Shown: positions 33,601 to 44,278 of the stretch, piece by piece
Position numbering within the stretch: position 1 is the first letter of the stretch
How the letters are laid out: each line of letters starts with the position of its first letter
NCBI GenBank assembly: GCA_963796965.1
Contig: CAWCNS010000004.1
Coordinates: 1,018,300-1,082,299 of the forward strand
DNA: 64,000 bases
From: Calditrichia bacterium
Lineage (GTDB): Bacteria > Calditrichota > Calditrichia > JAJRVZ01
Direction of reading: 5' to 3'
Position numbers and translations under genes: made by a program
The notes under the pieces: generated by a model
Told to the model about the DNA's origin: nothing
What the model saw: only the letters and a program-made list of their open reading frames with translations
Database searches by the model: none

Positions 33601-36474
33601 TACCTATCGGGATGGTAAACCAAATAGATTGTTTAAAAATTTGAATGGAACCGGATTTATAACGGTTAGCTGAATCTGAATTTCCAGCCGATAGTTCGGA
33701 TTCAGAGCGGCAGTGCCTGGGTAGATTTTGATAATGACGGCTGGTTGGATTTGTATGTAGCTAATGCTGGTCTGATCAAGGAATTAATTTCCTTTATCGA
33801 ATACGAGATTCAAGTGGGTTTTCAAGGGATTGAAACCGGGCCGATGATAGAAGGATGGGAAAGAGATGCCCGTGGTGCCGCCTGGAGTGACTATAATAAT
33901 GATGGCGCACCTGATTTATTTGTCGCCACCGATGATGGTTTAAATGGTCTTATACCGGAATAATCTTATCGGGCAACAATTGGTTTAAAGTTAGGTTAAC
34001 AGGTACGATTTCTAATACGGCTGCTATTGGTGCAACCGTTGTCCTGAAAACATCCATGACGAATAATGAGGGGAATAGGTTGTTTTAAGGAGAACGGTCG
34101 AGGGACAATCGGGATTTATCGGCCAAAACAGCCAGACCTTAATGTTTGGATTAGGGGTGACAACTATTGATTCGGTGATCATCTACTGGCCCAGCGGTAT
34201 TGTCAATAAACATGATACCAAACCGGTCAACCAGACCATGGATTTTGTTGAATATGAGCCTTCCATCGCACCGCCAAAAGTGATTCTCAATTCACCACTG
34301 GACTCGGCAACTGATGTTCCGGTACCTGTCATGGTAGCCTGGAATGCGACAACTGGGGCATCTTTCTACCAGTTACAAGTTGCAAACGATGCCGACTTTC
34401 GCAGGATATAATTTTTGATCAAAATACTTTAACGGGTACAACACAGGCAGTCACTGAAGTGGCGAGTGGAAAAACCTATTATTGGCGTGTGCGGGCAGGG
34501 GCCGGCGTTTGGGGAGAATGGTCGGATACCTGGAAATTTACGACCGGCGGGTCAAGTATACAAGAACCACCTCCGGCACCAGGTCTGAGATTCGCCGGCT
34601 AATAATGCAACCAATGTAAAGATTCCACCGACCTTATCCTGGAATGCCGTAGCGGTGCCCAGAAATACTGGTTCCAGGTGGCAGAATCGAGTGATTTTAC
34701 TACGGGAATGATGGCCCAGGATAGTAATACCAATTCTACCAGCTATACGACCGGAGGAGGTAATTACAGTACACTTTATTATTGGCGCGTAAAAGCAAAG
34801 AATGAGTTTGGTTGGGGAGATTGGTCAAGGTCTGGAGTTTTACAACGGAAGCACTTACCGGTTTACCCGATGCACCGACCTTAGTAGGACCAGTAGATAA
34901 TCAGACAGGGGTTCCAATTCCGGCACCACTTGTCTGGAACTCTGCCGTTGCAGGTAATTATGACGTTCAAATTGCTACCGATGCGTCTTTTAGTAATATT
35001 GTCTTTACGCGAGGCGATAATCCGGAGCGCTATCTTTTTGCCAACGAGGGACTTAATCACAATCAGCAATACTACTGGCATGTTAGGGTACAGGTTCAGG
35101 GAATTAATAGTGATTGGTCACAATCATGGAAATTTACAACTTACGACAACAAAGTAGTACTTAATAATCAGACGGTCAATTTTCCCTTCCCATGAGCGGA
35201 AGGATGAATTTAGTCCATCAGATTACAGAATGCTGGGTCTCCCCGGAAATGCCGATGTTGCCTTTACGGATGTCCTCGGTGATGGGGCAAATGAAAACTG
35301 GATGGCCTATTGGGATAATGGAAAAACTGGCAATCCCAGTGAGTACTTGGTTGCCTATGATGGCTCGGGGATATTCAGATTTGTAACCGGTAAGGGTTTT
35401 TGGGTCATCCATAATGGTAGTATCAATATCACTCAATCCATACCCAATGCACCTCTGAATGAATTGGCTCAGGCAGAGATCTACGTTCAACAAGGATGGA
35501 ATATTATTACCTGCCCGTTTCTTCATTCCATCAAATGGTCAGCTATTAAATTTGTAAATGATATAACAATTGTTAATCCAATATTTCGTTACAATTATGC
35601 GTCTCGCAATTTTGAATCTTATGACAATCTGGAGCCAGTAGAAGGATTTTACTTTTACAATGGTGATCCAGCTCGAACCAAGCTGCTCATTCCTTATGTT
35701 GATGGTTCTGGAAAAGTATCAACTCAAAGTGAACTTTCGTGGGAAGTCTCCCTGGAACTGTCCTCCGGCGAATCCATAGATGCTTCAGCAAAGGTTGGAG
35801 TTGCTGCAGATGCAGAAATGGGATTTGATCGATATGAGTACCGTAAACCAAGAGGTATTGCTGATCTGGCCAATATCTATTTTAACCGTCCCGAATGGGA
35901 TGATAATTATAGTGTCTTCGCCAATGATGTTCGCCCGGAGATTGACGAGATGGAGACCTGGGATTTCAAGGTCTATGCACCGGAAAATGAAAAATCAAAA
36001 TTTAGTCTCATTGGTCTGGAATCTATCCCGGAAGAATATGAGGTTTACTTGATTGATAAAACCCATCAGCGTTATCAAAATCTAAGAGAAAATGATGTCT
36101 ATGATTTTAACTCTACGCCACAAATCTCTGATTTTGAACTGGTGGTCGGACTATCTGATGCTGTTGAAGAAAAAATTGAATCAATTCTACCGGCAGAGTT
36201 TGCTTTAGGGCAGAATTATCCGAATCCATTTAATCCAACAACGACAATACCTCTGACTTTACCCGAACAGAGTGATATCACCTTAAAGGTGTATAACCTG
36301 CTCGGGCAGGAAGTTGTGACGATTTTTAAAGGAAATCTTGAGGCTGGAAAACATTATCTACTTTGGAATGGTACCAACCAGGCCAACCATAAAATGCCTT
36401 CCGGGGTCTATATGTACCAGATGCTTACGACGAAGGGGTTGAGGTTGACGGGGAAGATGGTGTTGATAAAATAA
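30647..36474 (+). CDS. Giant secreted multidomain protein (BNR/Asp-box propeller, CBM20-like, FG-GAP/VCBS repeats, ASPIC/UnbV-like, FN3 repeats, T9SS-A/FlgD-Ig-type C-terminal domain), many frameshifts
   Basis: Consecutive ORF fragments: S.D.G..W Asp-boxes; RGNFNNWG; WGDYNNDGWLDLYV repeats; FGLG..IDSVIIYWPSG; YYWRVKA FN3; LGQNYPNPFNPTT...SGVYMYQ...KMVLIK. Genuine pseudogene status cannot be excluded. Confidence 0.75.
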
Positions 36475-36497
36475 GTCTGTGCTTTTTGTAGAGATGA

Positions 36498-36659
36498 TTT
36501 CTCACGCAGAGACGCAAAGACGCAAAGTCTAATTAAATGGATTAGTAGGGGGTATAATACCTATCAATATCTACTAATTTTCCAAATATATTATTTTTAC
36601 TTTTACTTTTTATATTTTAAAATATTTTTCTCTGCGTCTTTGCGTCTCTGCGTGAGAAA
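36498..36659. repeat. Intergenic inverted-repeat element (30-bp arms, 1 mismatch, AT-rich spacer)
   Basis: tttctcacgcagagacgcaaagacgcaaag pairs with ctctgcgtctttgcgtctctgcgtgagaaa, between convergent genes. Confidence 0.88.
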
Positions 36660-36678
36660 AAATCATGACGTTAAGCAA

Positions 36679-38950
36679 CTATTTTTGTTGTTGGGCTGCG
36701 ATCAGATTCAGCGCCGAGCCGGCCTTAAACCACTCGATCTGTGCTTTATTAAACGTATGATTTAATTCACAGGTATCTTCTGTTCCATCTGCATGTTTAA
36801 TGGATAAATTTAATGGTACACCCGGAGCAAATTCATTTAATCCGCTAATTGACAATCTGATCACCTTCCCGGATCAGGTCATAATCGGAAGGATTTTTAA
36901 AAGTCAGAGCCAACATCCCCTGTTTCTTTAGATTGGTTTCATGGATGCGGGCAAAACTCTTGGCGATAATTGCTTTGCCACCCAGAAATCTTGGTTCCAT
37001 TGCCGCATGTTCACGGCTTGAACCTTCGCCATAATTCTCATCACCAATGACCACCCAGCCAATATTGGATTTTTTATAGTCCCGCGCATTAGCTGACAAT
37101 TTGTTGACTTCACCGTTTATTTCATTCCTCCCAGTGCCCGGTTCATGTCCAAATGCTGAAACAACGCCAATAAATAGATTGTCGGAAATATTGTCGATAT
37201 GTCCCCGAAATCGTAACCAGGGACCGGCTGGAGAGATATGATCGGTTGTACACTTCCCATCTGCTTTTGCCAGAACAACCATATCGGAATACTCATGTCC
37301 GTCCGAGGCGGAAAATGGTTCCAGGAATTGCAGACGCTTGCTTTCCGGATCTATTTTTACTTCAATGGATGATCCATCCTTGGCAGGGGACACATAGCCA
37401 CTCTCACCGGGATCGAAACCATTTTTCGGTAATTCATCACCCGAAGGGGCTTCTAACTTCACCGGCTGACCATTTTCATTTTCAATTGCGTCTGTCAAGG
37501 GATTAAAAGAAAGTCGACCCGCTATTGCAAGTGCCGTAGTAATTTCAGGACTTGCTACAAACGAATGTGTTAAGGGATTACCATCGTTTCGTTTGGCAAA
37601 ATTTCGATTATAGGATGTAACGATCGTATTTTTTTCTCCAGGCTCTACGCCATGACGCTTCCATTGGCCAATACAGGGCCCGCAGGCATTGGCTAATACC
37701 AGACCGCCGATTTTGGCAAAATCATTCAACTGGCCGTCACGCTCAATTGTGGCACGGATCTGCTCTGATCCCGGTGTAATAACAAATTCAGATTTGGCCT
37801 TGATATTATTGTTAACAGCAGAACGGGCAATACTGGCAGATCTTTCAATGTCCTCATAGGAGGAGTTTGTACAGCTGCCTATCAGGCCAACTTTTACTTC
37901 GTCAGGATAACCATTATCTTTCGCTGCCTGAGCCAGTTTGGAAATGGGCCAGGCTTTATCAGGGGTGAAGGGGCCGTTGACATGAGGTTCCAGGGTACTC
38001 AGATCGATTTCAATAACCTGGTCGTAATATTTTTCCGGATCCATGGATATTTCAGGATCAGGCGTTAGTTCGCTGAGATGTTTGTTACACAATTGCGCTA
38101 AATCTTCCCGGCCGGTTGCGGCAAGGTATGTGGCCATACGCTCATCATAGGGAAATACCGATGTCGTGGCGCCTATCTCCGCACCCATGTTACAGATTGT
38201 TCCTTTACCGGTACAGTGGATTGAATGGGTTCCCGGGCCAAAATATTCTACAATCCTACCCGTTCCTCCTTTTACGGTTAAAATACCAGCTAATTTTAGA
38301 ATCACATCTTTAGCTGAAGTCCATCCCGACATTTCACCTGTTAATTTAACGCCGATAACACCGGGCCATTTCAGTTCCCAGGGTAATCCGGCCATTACAT
38401 CAACAGCATCAGCACCACCAACACCTATTGCCAACATTCCCAATCCACCTGCATTGGGTGTGTGTGAATCGGTACCGATCATTAATCCACCAGGGAATGC
38501 ATAGTTTTCCAAGACAACCTGGTGAATGATACCGGCTCCTGGTTTCCAAAATCCAAGACCGAATTTTTGAGACACAGAGGCCAAAAAATCATAGACTTCT
38601 TTGTTTTCTTCTTCTGCACGTAATAAATCACTTTTTGATCCAACCTCTGCCTGGATCAGATGATCACAATGCACAGTTGAGGGTACAGCCACTCTTTTTC
38701 TCCCCGATGACATAAATTGTAACAATGCCATCTGTGCGGTGGCATCCTGCATCGCCACCCGATCCGGATTTAGATACGCATACGATTCTTGTCGGATTGG
38801 GGCAGAATCAATATCGCCATCGAGATGACTGAATAGAATTTTTTCAGTGAGCGTGAGTGGCCCACCTGTTATCTCCCGCGCTTTGGATTGTCTGTTTTTA
38901 AATTCATTATATACGTCTTTGATCATATCAAAATCAAATATCATTATCAC
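36679..38950 (-). CDS. Aconitate hydratase (mitochondrial-type), one frameshift near 36855
   Basis: [57 protein letters not shown]-terminal WFKAGSALN in the shifted frame. Confidence 0.95.
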
Positions 38951-39180
38951 TCCTGTTACTTATTATGAGGGAAATTTGGTGAACAAAAACTATCCACGAA
39001 TCCACCAATTAAAACTAATTTCACGAATTATCTAAAAATATTTATTTTAAATTTCACAATATCAAGATAGAAACCAAATATACATTCGAGGTGTAAAAAT
39101 ATCAACAGGAGCACTATTCTCTTTTCTTTTTGCTTTCATAGATATCCCCTGGAAGTGGGCCTAACCTGGACAGAATATTT

Positions 39181-39314
39181 ATAGAACGCGGATGACGCTG
39201 ATAACGCTGATTTCCGCGGATTGATAATAATATTTTTAATTATGTTATTCGTATAGAAAAATTCTAAAAATAATTCAGCGCAGATCCGCGTGATCGGCGT
39301 CATCCGCGTTCTAT
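39181..39314. repeat. Intergenic inverted-repeat element
   Basis: atagaacgcggatgacgc (39181-39198) pairs with gcgtcatccgcgttctat (39297-39314). Confidence 0.85.
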
Positions 39315-39346
39315 TATAGATGCTTCACACTCTTCACACCTCGTAA

Positions 39347-40849
39347 CTAATCTTCCCCAAAAACAAAAGCCGAAAAAACAAAAATATCTGTCTCCTCGTC
39401 CTGCCATGCATTTTGTGGTAGTCCCGCTTTGCGGCAGGTTTGCCTGATAAAAGTTAGTTTATCCCAATTATTATCAGTCGCGACCTGGGGAAGAAGGAGA
39501 CCTTCGGATGAGCCCTTTTTTACTAGTAATCCATGTTTTCCCACTTTGATTTCATCAATACTTTCGATATGATGGAACGGAGAAAGAACCGATATTTCAT
39601 AGCTAAGTTTGGATAATTCGCTCTCGTCGACAGCAGGGAAACGGGGATCCTTTAAAGCCGCACTAATGGCCACAGAACGTACCGTTTCATATAGTGGTTG
39701 TACCGCAGAGGTATAACCAATACAGCCGCGCAGGCGTCCTCCTTCATTCAAAGTGACAAATGCACCCCGGTCTTTTTTTAAGGATTCGAATTCTCCGGCC
39801 GAGCATTCATAGACTTTTCCTTCCCGAACCGCTTTTTCAACAGAATTTTTTGCAATCTGCATCAAATGCTGTTGTTCATCCTCTGTCAGGCTAAATTTAA
39901 ACTCTTCACCGGAATCTATGGTTTTATCCTTGTAAAAAACCGCAGACATATATCCGACCACGCTGCTTTTTTCACCGACAGGCACATCACCGGAATTAGC
40001 ATATTTGAGAACTTTAACCCGGTTCGCCCCCAAATTTTCTGCTGCAATCATCATCGCCACTATAGGGCCTCCGCCACAAGCTTCCCATACCCGACGGTTC
40101 AAATTGCGGGATAAATTGAGATGATCCCATTCTTCAACTGCAGATATGACCTTTCCATCCATTTTTACAGCTTCATCATAGCTATGGAAATGAGAGAGGT
40201 CCGAACTTGCGACAATGATGGTATTCTCATCTTCTATTGTTTCCGATAATGCAATACCCAGGGCCCGGCATGATTCATAATTCTGATCGCCCATTACGAT
40301 GGGAATGAGTTGAAAATCACCAAGAACTTTCTGCAGAAAAGGTAACTGCACTTCCAGAGCATGTTCCTTACGTCCTTGTCTCTGGGTCTCATGGCCCTCC
40401 GAGGAAAGGAAAATAGAAGCATCTTTTTCTGATAACTTCTGAGCAAATTCTGTGTCGATATTAATTTTACCCAAAGGGGTTCGGTAAGCCGTACCATCAT
40501 AAATAGCAGATCCTGCAAAGGCAATGATGTGAGAAGGAGAAATAACGATTACACGCTCAATTCCTTTGTTCATGAGCAGGTCATAACCATAAGCGGCAAC
40601 ATGGCCAGAATATACGTAACCGGCATGAGGGGAAATTACCCCGATAATACGGCCATCAATAGTAGGGGGTTCAGCCTGTTTGAGTAAATCGGTGATCATT
40701 TGTGAAAGGCTGTTTGAATCGCCGGGATAAAAAGTGCCGGCAACCCCCGGTTCACGAATTTTCTCTTCTTCAATATTATTTTTTCCAAAAAAAGTCATGA
40801 TAGCACTCCCCAGAATGATGATGGTGAGAATAACACCAATTCTGACCAT
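39347..40849 (-). CDS. amrB: AmmeMemoRadiSam system protein B (Memo) fused to protein A (AMMECR1), with N-terminal signal/anchor
   Basis: Memo motifs R.PGVAGTFYP, SPHAGYVYSG, EHALEVQLPFLQ, SSDLSHF, ACGGGP; AMMECR1 motifs GAFVTL...LRGCIG, DPRFP, EISVLS, GLLLPQVA, CRKAGL. AAGGAG RBS before ATG 40849; alternative starts 40876/40885. Confidence 0.93.
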   Translation of the reverse strand: MVRIGVILTIIILGSAIMTFFGKNNIEEEKIREPGVAGTFYPGDSNSLSQMITDLLKQAEPPTIDGRIIGVISPHAGYVYSGHVAAYGYDLLMNKGIERVIVISPSHIIAFAGSAIYDGTAYRTPLGKINIDTEFAQKLSEKDASIFLSSEGHETQRQGRKEHALEVQLPFLQKVLGDFQLIPIVMGDQNYESCRALGIALSETIEDENTIIVASSDLSHFHSYDEAVKMDGKVISAVEEWDHLNLSRNLNRRVWEACGGGPIVAMMIAAENLGANRVKVLKYANSGDVPVGEKSSVVGYMSAVFYKDKTIDSGEEFKFSLTEDEQQHLMQIAKNSVEKAVREGKVYECSAGEFESLKKDRGAFVTLNEGGRLRGCIGYTSAVQPLYETVRSVAISAALKDPRFPAVDESELSKLSYEISVLSPFHHIESIDEIKVGKHGLLVKKGSSEGLLLPQVATDNNWDKLTFIRQTCRKAGLPQNAWQDEETDIFVFSAFVFGED

Positions 40850-40872
40850 TGACCGTACTCCTTTTTTTATTT

Positions 40873-42043
40873 TCATTTTCCCCATTTACCTGCGATTGCA
40901 TGTTGACAATGCATACATTGTCCCTTACTTATTTTTATATCCTCAATAAAATACCCTCTTCTGGCAATAACGATCTCCCCGCAATTTGGACAATACGTAT
41001 GTTCTGCTTTATGACCCGGTACGTTCCCGATATAAACATAATTCAAACCCTCAGATTTGGCTATTTTCCAGGCCCTTTCTAAAGTTTTAACCGGTGTGGA
41101 AGGCAGATTTTTTAGAAGATAATAAGGGTGAAACCTTGTAAAATGAATCGGGACATCCGGCCCCAGATTATTCTTTATCCATTTACATAAATTTATCAGT
41201 TCCCTCTCATCGTCATTAAGTGTTGGCACAACAAGATAAACGATCTCTGTCCAGATATTTTGTTCGCGTATGGTTATCAGACTATCCAGAACGGGCTTTA
41301 ACTCACCGTTGACAATTTCCTGATAAAATTTTTCAGAAAATGCTTTTAAGTCTACTTTAATAGCATCAACATTTTGACATAATTCAATGAGTGGTTTCTC
41401 AGAGATATAGCCGGCCGTAATAACCACGTTTTTGACATCATATTCTTTTCCTGCTATAGCAGTGTCTTTCATGTATTCAAAAAAAATGGTCGGTTCACTG
41501 TATGTATAGGCGATGGACAGACAGTCATTTTTTTGTGCCAACCCTGCTGTTTTTTCCGGGGGTAAATGTATACTTCGAATTTGTTCCGGTCGCACCTGTG
41601 ATATTTCCCAATTCTGGCAAAACTTACAATTTACGTTACATCCGGCCGTGGCGATAGAGAAGGCCATACTGCCGGGATGGAAATGAAAAAGCGGTTTTTT
41701 TTCGATTGGATCGACGTGATAGGTACAAGGTCGTGCATAGACCAGTGTATAATAGGTTCCTTCCCGGTTCTCGCGCACGCCACAATATCCGCGCTCACGG
41801 TCATCGATCTCACATTCCCGTGGACATAAAAGACAGCGGATCTTTTTATGAGGAAGTTTTTCGTAATATTGTGCTTCTTTAACGAATTTGCGCATATCCT
41901 CCGGAAAATCATGACATCATCTTCTGCCATAGAATGAGAGGAAGAGTTGACAATCCCGCACATCCCAGAGAAGATAGGCGCAAAAACTCTCTTCGTGAAT
42001 AGTGTTCAGGTTTGGGGGATATATTTTCTGTTTTATCAATCAT
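40873..42043 (-). CDS. amrS: AmmeMemoRadiSam system radical SAM enzyme with frameshifted twin-arginine leader
   Basis: CLLCPREC..GYCGVREN, DPIEKKPLFHF, CNVNCKFC, AYTYSEP, HFTRFHP, YIGNVPG, CPNCG. The intact ORF is 40873-41895; upstream ATG 42043 reads MIDKTENISPKPEHYSRREFLRLSSLGCAGLSTLPL in another frame. Confidence 0.9.
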
Positions 42044-42066
42044 CTTAACTATGTTAACCCCATTTC

Positions 42067-42364
42067 TTCACGCAAAGACGCAAAGAACGCAAACATTTAT
42101 TTTTTGATATTCACTCATTATGCAGAATATTAAATTCATCAACTACTTTGTAAGATTAACAAATCCATTCATCCCGTCCTGGAACGGGATCGCGTCTTCG
42201 GGATAGAGATCTTCGTGTATGAAGATATCCCGTGTTCCTATAGAAAGATTCTTTCAGAATGACAGAATTTATTATGTGTCCTGCTATTTACATAATATCG
42301 TGGATGATCTATATTCTTTTTACTTTAGTCATTTGTCTTGTGTCGGGTCGCGTCGCTGCGTGAA
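42067..42364. repeat. Inverted-repeat element (ttcacgca...tgcgtgaa) containing a GTCAT/ATGAC-type element at ~42168-42264
   Basis: Outer arms ttcacgcaaagacgc / gcgtcgctgcgtgaa; inner tcccgtcctggaacgggatc...aagattctttcagaatgaca. Confidence 0.7.
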
Positions 42365-42365
42365 A

Positions 42366-43352
42366 TCAAACCTGAATGATATCCATTAATTTAGGATTAT
42401 TGGTCCCTAATCGATGTTGAGCATCAGCCGCTGTTGCGATATAGGTCGGCTCACGATTGTCTGCTTTAAGAGACTTTATGTCGTTCTTTTTCCTTTCCTC
42501 CTCTATGATTTGCCAACCGGTATGGTCTAAGGCAACGGGATCGGTACCCAGAAACAGACCATTATAGGACCAGGTCCACTGCGGCATATAAGAAGGTCCA
42601 CCTTCATATTGTGCTTGAATGGCATCACAGATTGTAAATCTGACTTTTCTTCCGATTGACGGCAACATATAAACGTCAGGAATATAGGGGTCTCCTACAT
42701 TTAAATGATATTTATTGGGATTATGAATCGCCCCAAACATGTTTTTAAGGCTCATGGTTACCCCTGCGATTCCATGATCTTTTAGCACGGGTAAATTAAT
42801 AACCGCATCACAGTGCTGTGTTATAGTTTTGGTAACCAGGCTTGCAGCAGAACCAAACATTTCAAAATCAGATGTAAAACCAACCCTATCATTCCCAAAG
42901 CACCTGATTCTATTACGCTGGTAGGCGATATCAAATCCACCATCTTCCAAATCTTCGTTCAGACGATCCCAGATGATGATATCATCAGGTTTTATGTTAA
43001 TTTCCATCAAACGTTCACAAATGGCCCTCACAAGATCAGGATGAGTTCCACCAGCCCGTCCGGACAGGCAGTTAACCTTTAATCCTATCACCTCACCCGG
43101 TTTGGCCAGCTTCCGCCAGCCATCTAAAACGGAATCGGTCTCAAACCAGTTCTGTATGCCGTTATCCAAAAGTTTTATCAAACGGTCTGTATCCAGAACT
43201 AAATTTGGGGATTGAAGATTGGGGTCACGGGCAATGACAATTTTAGATTTTTCGGGTTGAGTGATGTCTGCACAAAATGTTTGAAAGGGTGAGTTGAGTA
43301 GCAAACCGCCTGAGGCGGCTATACCAGATTTTATAAATTTACGCCGGTTCAT
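42366..43352 (-). CDS. DUF362 domain protein with Tat signal peptide
   Basis: MNRRKFIK..AASGGLLL; GEVIGLKVNC, INLPVLKDHGIAGVTMSLKNMFG, DPVALD. Confidence 0.85.
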   Translation of the reverse strand: MNRRKFIKSGIAASGGLLLNSPFQTFCADITQPEKSKIVIARDPNLQSPNLVLDTDRLIKLLDNGIQNWFETDSVLDGWRKLAKPGEVIGLKVNCLSGRAGGTHPDLVRAICERLMEINIKPDDIIIWDRLNEDLEDGGFDIAYQRNRIRCFGNDRVGFTSDFEMFGSAASLVTKTITQHCDAVINLPVLKDHGIAGVTMSLKNMFGAIHNPNKYHLNVGDPYIPDVYMLPSIGRKVRFTICDAIQAQYEGGPSYMPQWTWSYNGLFLGTDPVALDHTGWQIIEEERKKNDIKSLKADNREPTYIATAADAQHRLGTNNPKLMDIIQV

Positions 43353-43503
43353 ACGGGACTCTATTTTGGATTAGCGCATTTTTAAATCAATATAATGATT
43401 TTTAATCCCGCTACCAATTTCAAATTACCAATTACGAATTATATTTAAATTCATTTTGTATATTTTATTTTGTATTTTGTATTAATTATTTAAGGAGGCC
43501 CAG

Positions 43504-43671
43504 ATGGGTAGTTTCGGAATAACAGAAATCGTCATTTTAGCAGTAATAATAATATTTTTATTTGGTGCAAAAAGAATACCGGATCTTTTTAAAGCAGTTG
43601 GCTCGAGTATAAAGGGATTTAAAAAAGAAATGTCTGAAGGGGAAAAAGACGATTCTCAAATAAAGAACTAA
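43504..43671 (+). CDS. tatA: Twin-arginine translocase TatA/TatE subunit (55 aa; not in the ORF track)
   Basis: AAGGAGG RBS; MGSFGITEIVILAVIIIFLFGAKRIPDLFKAVGSSIKGFKKEMSEGEKDDSQIKN, with TM, FG hinge and amphipathic helix. Confidence 0.93.
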   Translation: MGSFGITEIVILAVIIIFLFGAKRIPDLFKAVGSSIKGFKKEMSEGEKDDSQIKN

Positions 43672-43845
43672 TTTATTTCTCACCTTTTACACGTACTTCA
43701 ATCGAATTATTTTAGCCCCACATGAAACCGTGAACCAGCCCTTCCAGAAAGTATTTACCCTGCCCCCTCTTTTTATAGCCTATTACTAATTTTAAGTTAA
43801 GATCCTTTCTCGCTCATTTAGGGTCATACCAAAAACTCAATGAGA

Positions 43846-43879
43846 TGACAAATATGCATAGATATGTGACAAATGTGCA
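43846..43879. promoter_or_regulatory. Tandem 13-bp direct repeats with 21-bp period (candidate regulator sites)
   Basis: tgacaaatatgca (43846) and tgacaaatgtgca (43867). Confidence 0.35.
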
Positions 43880-43927
43880 GGCCTCTGTCAGGTGTGCTAT
43901 GTTTTATAATCCAACCACGCCTGTTTT

Positions 43928-44259
43928 GGTGCTGTTGCAGTATCGGTTAATTTGCATAAATCCTGGTGTAGTGTGGACCTGTTTCGCCCTTGGAAAAGGG
44001 GTTGTTGCAGTTTAAATAATTAAAACAAAAACATGAGATTATGTATACGAAAAAGCAAAATCTAATTCCCCCTTTGAAGGGGGGTAGTCCCGTATGACGG
44101 GATTAATCCCCCTTTCAAAGGGGGAGACCGGTCCTTGCTTCACAAAAGATTGTGCAATTTAACAGATAATGCAACAGCCTCTTTTAAGGGGGAATAAATT
44201 TTGCTGGAACCAAGACAAAAATGTTCATTGCATAAAATATCTCAAACTGCAATAACCCC
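43928..44259 (-). mobile_element. MITE family A, outer inverted copy interrupted by a second copy
   Basis: Ends ggtgctgttgcagta... and ...aaactgcaataacccc; both halves match the reverse complement of the inner copy. Confidence 0.7.
43998..44181 (+). mobile_element. MITE family A, inner copy (184 bp, TIR GGGG(C/T)TGTTGCA)
   Basis: ggggttgttgcagttt...aatgcaacagcctc; aligns end to end with 56597-56803. Confidence 0.8.
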
Positions 44260-44278
44260 TTCTAAAAGGTTTATACCC

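Noticed and set aside
41631..41963. 110-aa minus-strand ORF overlapping the amrS 5' end
   Set aside because: Alternative frame; only its SMAEDD segment plausibly belongs to the frameshifted leader.
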